A stretch of DNA of 56,423 bases from Anaerolinea sp. Lineage in GTDB: Bacteria > Chloroflexota > Anaerolineae > Aggregatilineales > Aggregatilineaceae. The number at the start of each line of letters is the position of its first letter. Within the stretch, counting starts at the first letter, position 1. Shown piece by piece: positions 54,369 through 56,423 of the stretch. The notes under the pieces were generated by a model that was not told where the DNA came from, did not search any database, and saw only the letters and a program-made list of their open reading frames with translations. Position numbers and translations under genes: made by a program. The stretch spans positions 1 through 56,423 of the forward strand of contig DYEN01000577.1 in the NCBI GenBank assembly GCA_020725705.1, in the 5' to 3' direction.

Positions 54369-54866
54369 CTACACCTCCAGCACCCAGAAGCGCAGCGGAC
54401 GGTCCGCCGCTCGGTGCACCGTCAGCGTCGTACCCCCCGTGTTCACCCGCATCTCCAGGCTAAACGTGTGCTCCGCCGCGCTCAGCCCCGTCACCACCAG
54501 CGGCAGCAGCGGCACCGTCGTTGCCCCAACCGAGATCGACACCGCGTCGCTCCACACCTCCACCCGCGCCCCGTTGTCAATGCTCACCCGCGCCCCAAAC
54601 GTCATCCCCTGGCTTCCGTTCACCGTCCCCGAAAACCCCACCACCACCCGCCCGCTCGCCGTCCGCAGCGTCAGCCTCAGGTTCGTCCCGTCCACCTCCA
54701 CCCAGCTCGTCGAGGTCACCGCATACGCCGTCCCACTCACCTGCACGCTGCTCGCCAGCGGCCTCAAAAACAAATACCCCAGGTTGTCCCGCACATGCAC
54801 GTTCATCGCTGGCGCCGTCACCAGCTCGTCCACGCTCCACGTCTTCGGCGTCGTCCAGTCGGTCAT
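54369..54866 (-). CDS. Phage minor-tail/tail-fibre-like beta-rich protein
   Basis: The N-terminal TDWTTPKTWSVDELVTAPAMNVHVRDNLGYL resembles the conserved N-terminus I recall from minor tail and tail-fibre proteins of actinobacterial phages. The rest is beta-strand-like (T/S/V/G rich). ATG at 54866 with GGAG 9 nt upstream. Confidence 0.5.
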   Translation of the reverse strand: MTDWTTPKTWSVDELVTAPAMNVHVRDNLGYLFLRPLASSVQVSGTAYAVTSTSWVEVDGTNLRLTLRTASGRVVVGFSGTVNGSQGMTFGARVSIDNGARVEVWSDAVSISVGATTVPLLPLVVTGLSAAEHTFSLEMRVNTGGTTLTVHRAADRPLRFWVLEV

Positions 54867-54890
54867 GCACGCACACTCCAAATCGCTACA

Positions 54891-55057
54891 AACAGCAGAA
54901 GACAGCTAAGAGCAGCTAAGGGCAGGTAAAAGCAGGGAAAGGCAGGTAAAGGCGGCTGAGGGCAGCTGAGAACGGGCGAAGCATGGCTTTTGCCGCTTCT
55001 TTCTGCTCTCCGCTGCTTTCCGCTGTTCCTCGCTGCCTCTCGCTGCTCTTCGCTGCT
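54891..55057. repeat. Inverted arrays of degenerate 10-bp repeats (about 9 units RGCAGSTRAR, spacer, about 7 units of the complement CGCTGCTYTY)
   Basis: Read directly from the sequence. Left arm 54891..54980: aacagcagaa gacagctaag agcagctaag ggcaggtaaa agcagggaaa ggcaggtaaa ggcggctgag ggcagctgag aacgggcgaa. Right arm 54991..55057: tgccgcttct ttctgctctc cgctgctttc cgctgttcct cgctgcctct cgctgctctt cgctgct. The core hairpin is GAAGC-N12-GCTTC. Confidence 0.7.
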
Positions 55058-56419
55058 TCAAAATCCAAGCCGCGTCCCCGTCCCCAGCTCTCCAAACCCC
55101 GCCACCCCCAGCCGCCAATACGTCCGGTCGTCGCTCCGCGTCATCTCCAGCGTCACCTTCCGCTTCCCCCCGCTCACCTCATACTCCACCGCCGTGATCC
55201 AGTGCCGCGCTCCTTCCAGCCCGCTCTCCGCGTCCGTCACCGCCGCCTGGTCCATCACCTCCAGGCTATACAGATTCACGCCCTCCACCTCGTCCCGGTC
55301 TGTAAACTCCACGCGCCGCGCCTCCACCACCGCCGCCCCCCGCCGCTTCACCGTGTAGTCCGCCAGCGCCTGCCCAAATTCCGCGCTCGCCATCATCGGC
55401 AGGTCAAATACCTCCCGCTGCCAGCCATACTCCGCCGCGCTCCCCGCGTCCGCCGCCTCGCTCACCACCGGTGCATAGTCCACCACCGGCTTCCCCCTCA
55501 CCTTCAGATATTGCACATACAGCGCCCCCGTCGCCCTGTTCGTCATCCTCACCTTCGCCCGCGTCGCCTCCGCCTCGAACTCCAAGCTAAACGCCGCGTC
55601 CACCGTGTAGTCCACCCCGCTCCCGTCCCGGAACTCGCTCACCCGATAGTCCACCCACGCCACCGGCGCCACCACGTCCACCCCCGCACACCGCTCCCCC
55701 GTCGCGTCGTGGAACACCGCCCACACTTCCCGCGTCTCCCCAGGCGCCACCCGCATCACCCCGCTCGCCACCCACAGCTCTCGCTCCGCTCCAATCGTCT
55801 CCACCGGATACGTCACCACCTGCACCCGGTTCGCCACCCGCCCCGCGTCCGCCGCCGTCTCCAGCCTATCCGGCGCCGCCCCCGGCCCCAGCGCCACTTT
55901 CGGCGCCTCCCCCGCCTTCAGCAGCCACCCCCTCCCCCGATACTTCGGCACCCCGTCTCGCCCCAGCCACCACCGCCCCTGCACCGTCTCCACCACGTCC
56001 CTCACCCCGTCCCACACCCGTGTTTCCTCCGGTCGCCACCGCCACCCCACGTGCTCCAGCCGCTCCCCGTCCTCGTCGTAGTCGCTCTCCCTCACCTCAT
56101 ACACCTGCTCCACCAGCCACTCCAGCGCTGCCACCACCCCCAGGCTCGCGTAATACGGCACCGCCAGCGCCGCCCCCTTCAGCCGCGCCACCCCGTCTGC
56201 CAGCTCCAACTCCGCTGTCCCTGCCCCACGCTCCGCCACCACGCGCTCCACCCATCCCGTCATCACCGTCCAGCCAGCCCCGCTCACCGCCTCCGCGCGC
56301 ACCCGCGCCGCCCGCCGCTTCCCCAGCCCCTCGGCAATCGGGCTGCTCCCGTTCCCCGGTGTGAACCGCCCGTCTCCGTTCTCCACCCGCGCCCACGCTC
56401 GCCCCACCCCCCCCCCCAC
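55058..56419 (-). CDS. Phage-tail-like structural protein (hypothetical); N-terminus uncertain or possibly beyond the window
   Basis: Open frame of 453 codons running to the window edge. The tracked start is a GTG inside a G-run. Trp/Gly/Val/Glu-rich composition. Its position directly upstream of the minor-tail-like gene suggests a tail component. No motif I can name with certainty. Confidence 0.45.
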   Translation of the reverse strand: MGGGVGRAWARVENGDGRFTPGNGSSPIAEGLGKRRAARVRAEAVSGAGWTVMTGWVERVVAERGAGTAELELADGVARLKGAALAVPYYASLGVVAALEWLVEQVYEVRESDYDEDGERLEHVGWRWRPEETRVWDGVRDVVETVQGRWWLGRDGVPKYRGRGWLLKAGEAPKVALGPGAAPDRLETAADAGRVANRVQVVTYPVETIGAERELWVASGVMRVAPGETREVWAVFHDATGERCAGVDVVAPVAWVDYRVSEFRDGSGVDYTVDAAFSLEFEAEATRAKVRMTNRATGALYVQYLKVRGKPVVDYAPVVSEAADAGSAAEYGWQREVFDLPMMASAEFGQALADYTVKRRGAAVVEARRVEFTDRDEVEGVNLYSLEVMDQAAVTDAESGLEGARHWITAVEYEVSGGKRKVTLEMTRSDDRTYWRLGVAGFGELGTGTRLGF

Positions 56420-56423
56420 ATGC

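Larger units (their letters stand above)
54023..56423 (-). mobile_element. Phage-derived tail-like gene module (edge of a prophage, remnant or tailocin/GTA-like cluster), cut by the window end
   Basis: Three co-directional genes with a phage-tail flavour (see the individual CDS entries). The plus strand is strongly C-rich. The module ends about 70 bp from the pgm-family gene. No integrase or att site is visible in the window. Confidence 0.4.

Noticed and set aside
54891-55057. CRISPR array
   Set aside because: The units are only 10 bp, degenerate and contiguous, with no unique spacers. No cas genes are present. I report it as an inverted tandem-repeat structure instead.

Overview
This is a 56.4-kb high-GC bacterial chromosomal window. 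Hand counts of single 60-nt lines give about 70-75% GC over most of it. One block at about 20.3-31.0 kb is clearly lower, at 40-48% on the lines I counted. I can support 56 protein-coding genes. I see no rRNA, tRNA, CRISPR array, transposase or integrase. Many long ORFs in the six-frame track are antisense high-GC artefacts and are rejected.

Layout from left to right:
1. A 7.4-kb minus-strand chain: GbsR/MarR-type regulator, ABC-2 exporter (ATPase plus 2 permeases), MsbA-like ABC exporter, cytochrome P450, and two tandem paralogous small membrane proteins.
2. An alpha/beta hydrolase, a Rieske-DUF2231 membrane protein, an Lnu-like nucleotidyltransferase and a metallophosphoesterase.
3. An extracytoplasmic metal-handling operon: two-domain P19/FetP-like protein, MsrB, PCuAC and SCO1.
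4. A pterin/folate cluster (PCD, FolE, SDR, FolB, FolK) interrupted by a clear heliorhodopsin gene.
5. The lower-GC block. It carries a PhnD-like binding protein, a HAMP-PAS-GAF histidine kinase and a NarL-type regulator. These sit divergent from a Tat-exported molybdopterin oxidoreductase operon (FeS subunit, catalytic subunit, TorD-like chaperone, NrfD-like anchor) of unknown substrate.
6. An operon of IclR regulator, BNR/sialidase-like protein, DapA/NanA-like lyase and sugar ABC uptake genes.
7. Envelope and housekeeping genes: CtaB, CNNM/TlyC, GT39, epimerase, YhhN, LysM-glycosidase, two GlsB, AKR and PGM.
8. At the right edge, a phage-tail-like module with an inverted array of degenerate 10-bp repeats and a G/C homopolymer tract.

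The strongest leads are these:
- The heliorhodopsin embedded in a pterin-biosynthesis gene string.
- The split three-component sensor coupled to an uncharacterised Psr/Ttr/Arr-clade molybdoenzyme on a compositionally foreign block.
- The tandem small membrane proteins downstream of the P450.
- The 10-bp inverted repeat array.

A Chloroflexota-like origin is only an inference from gene content and style.
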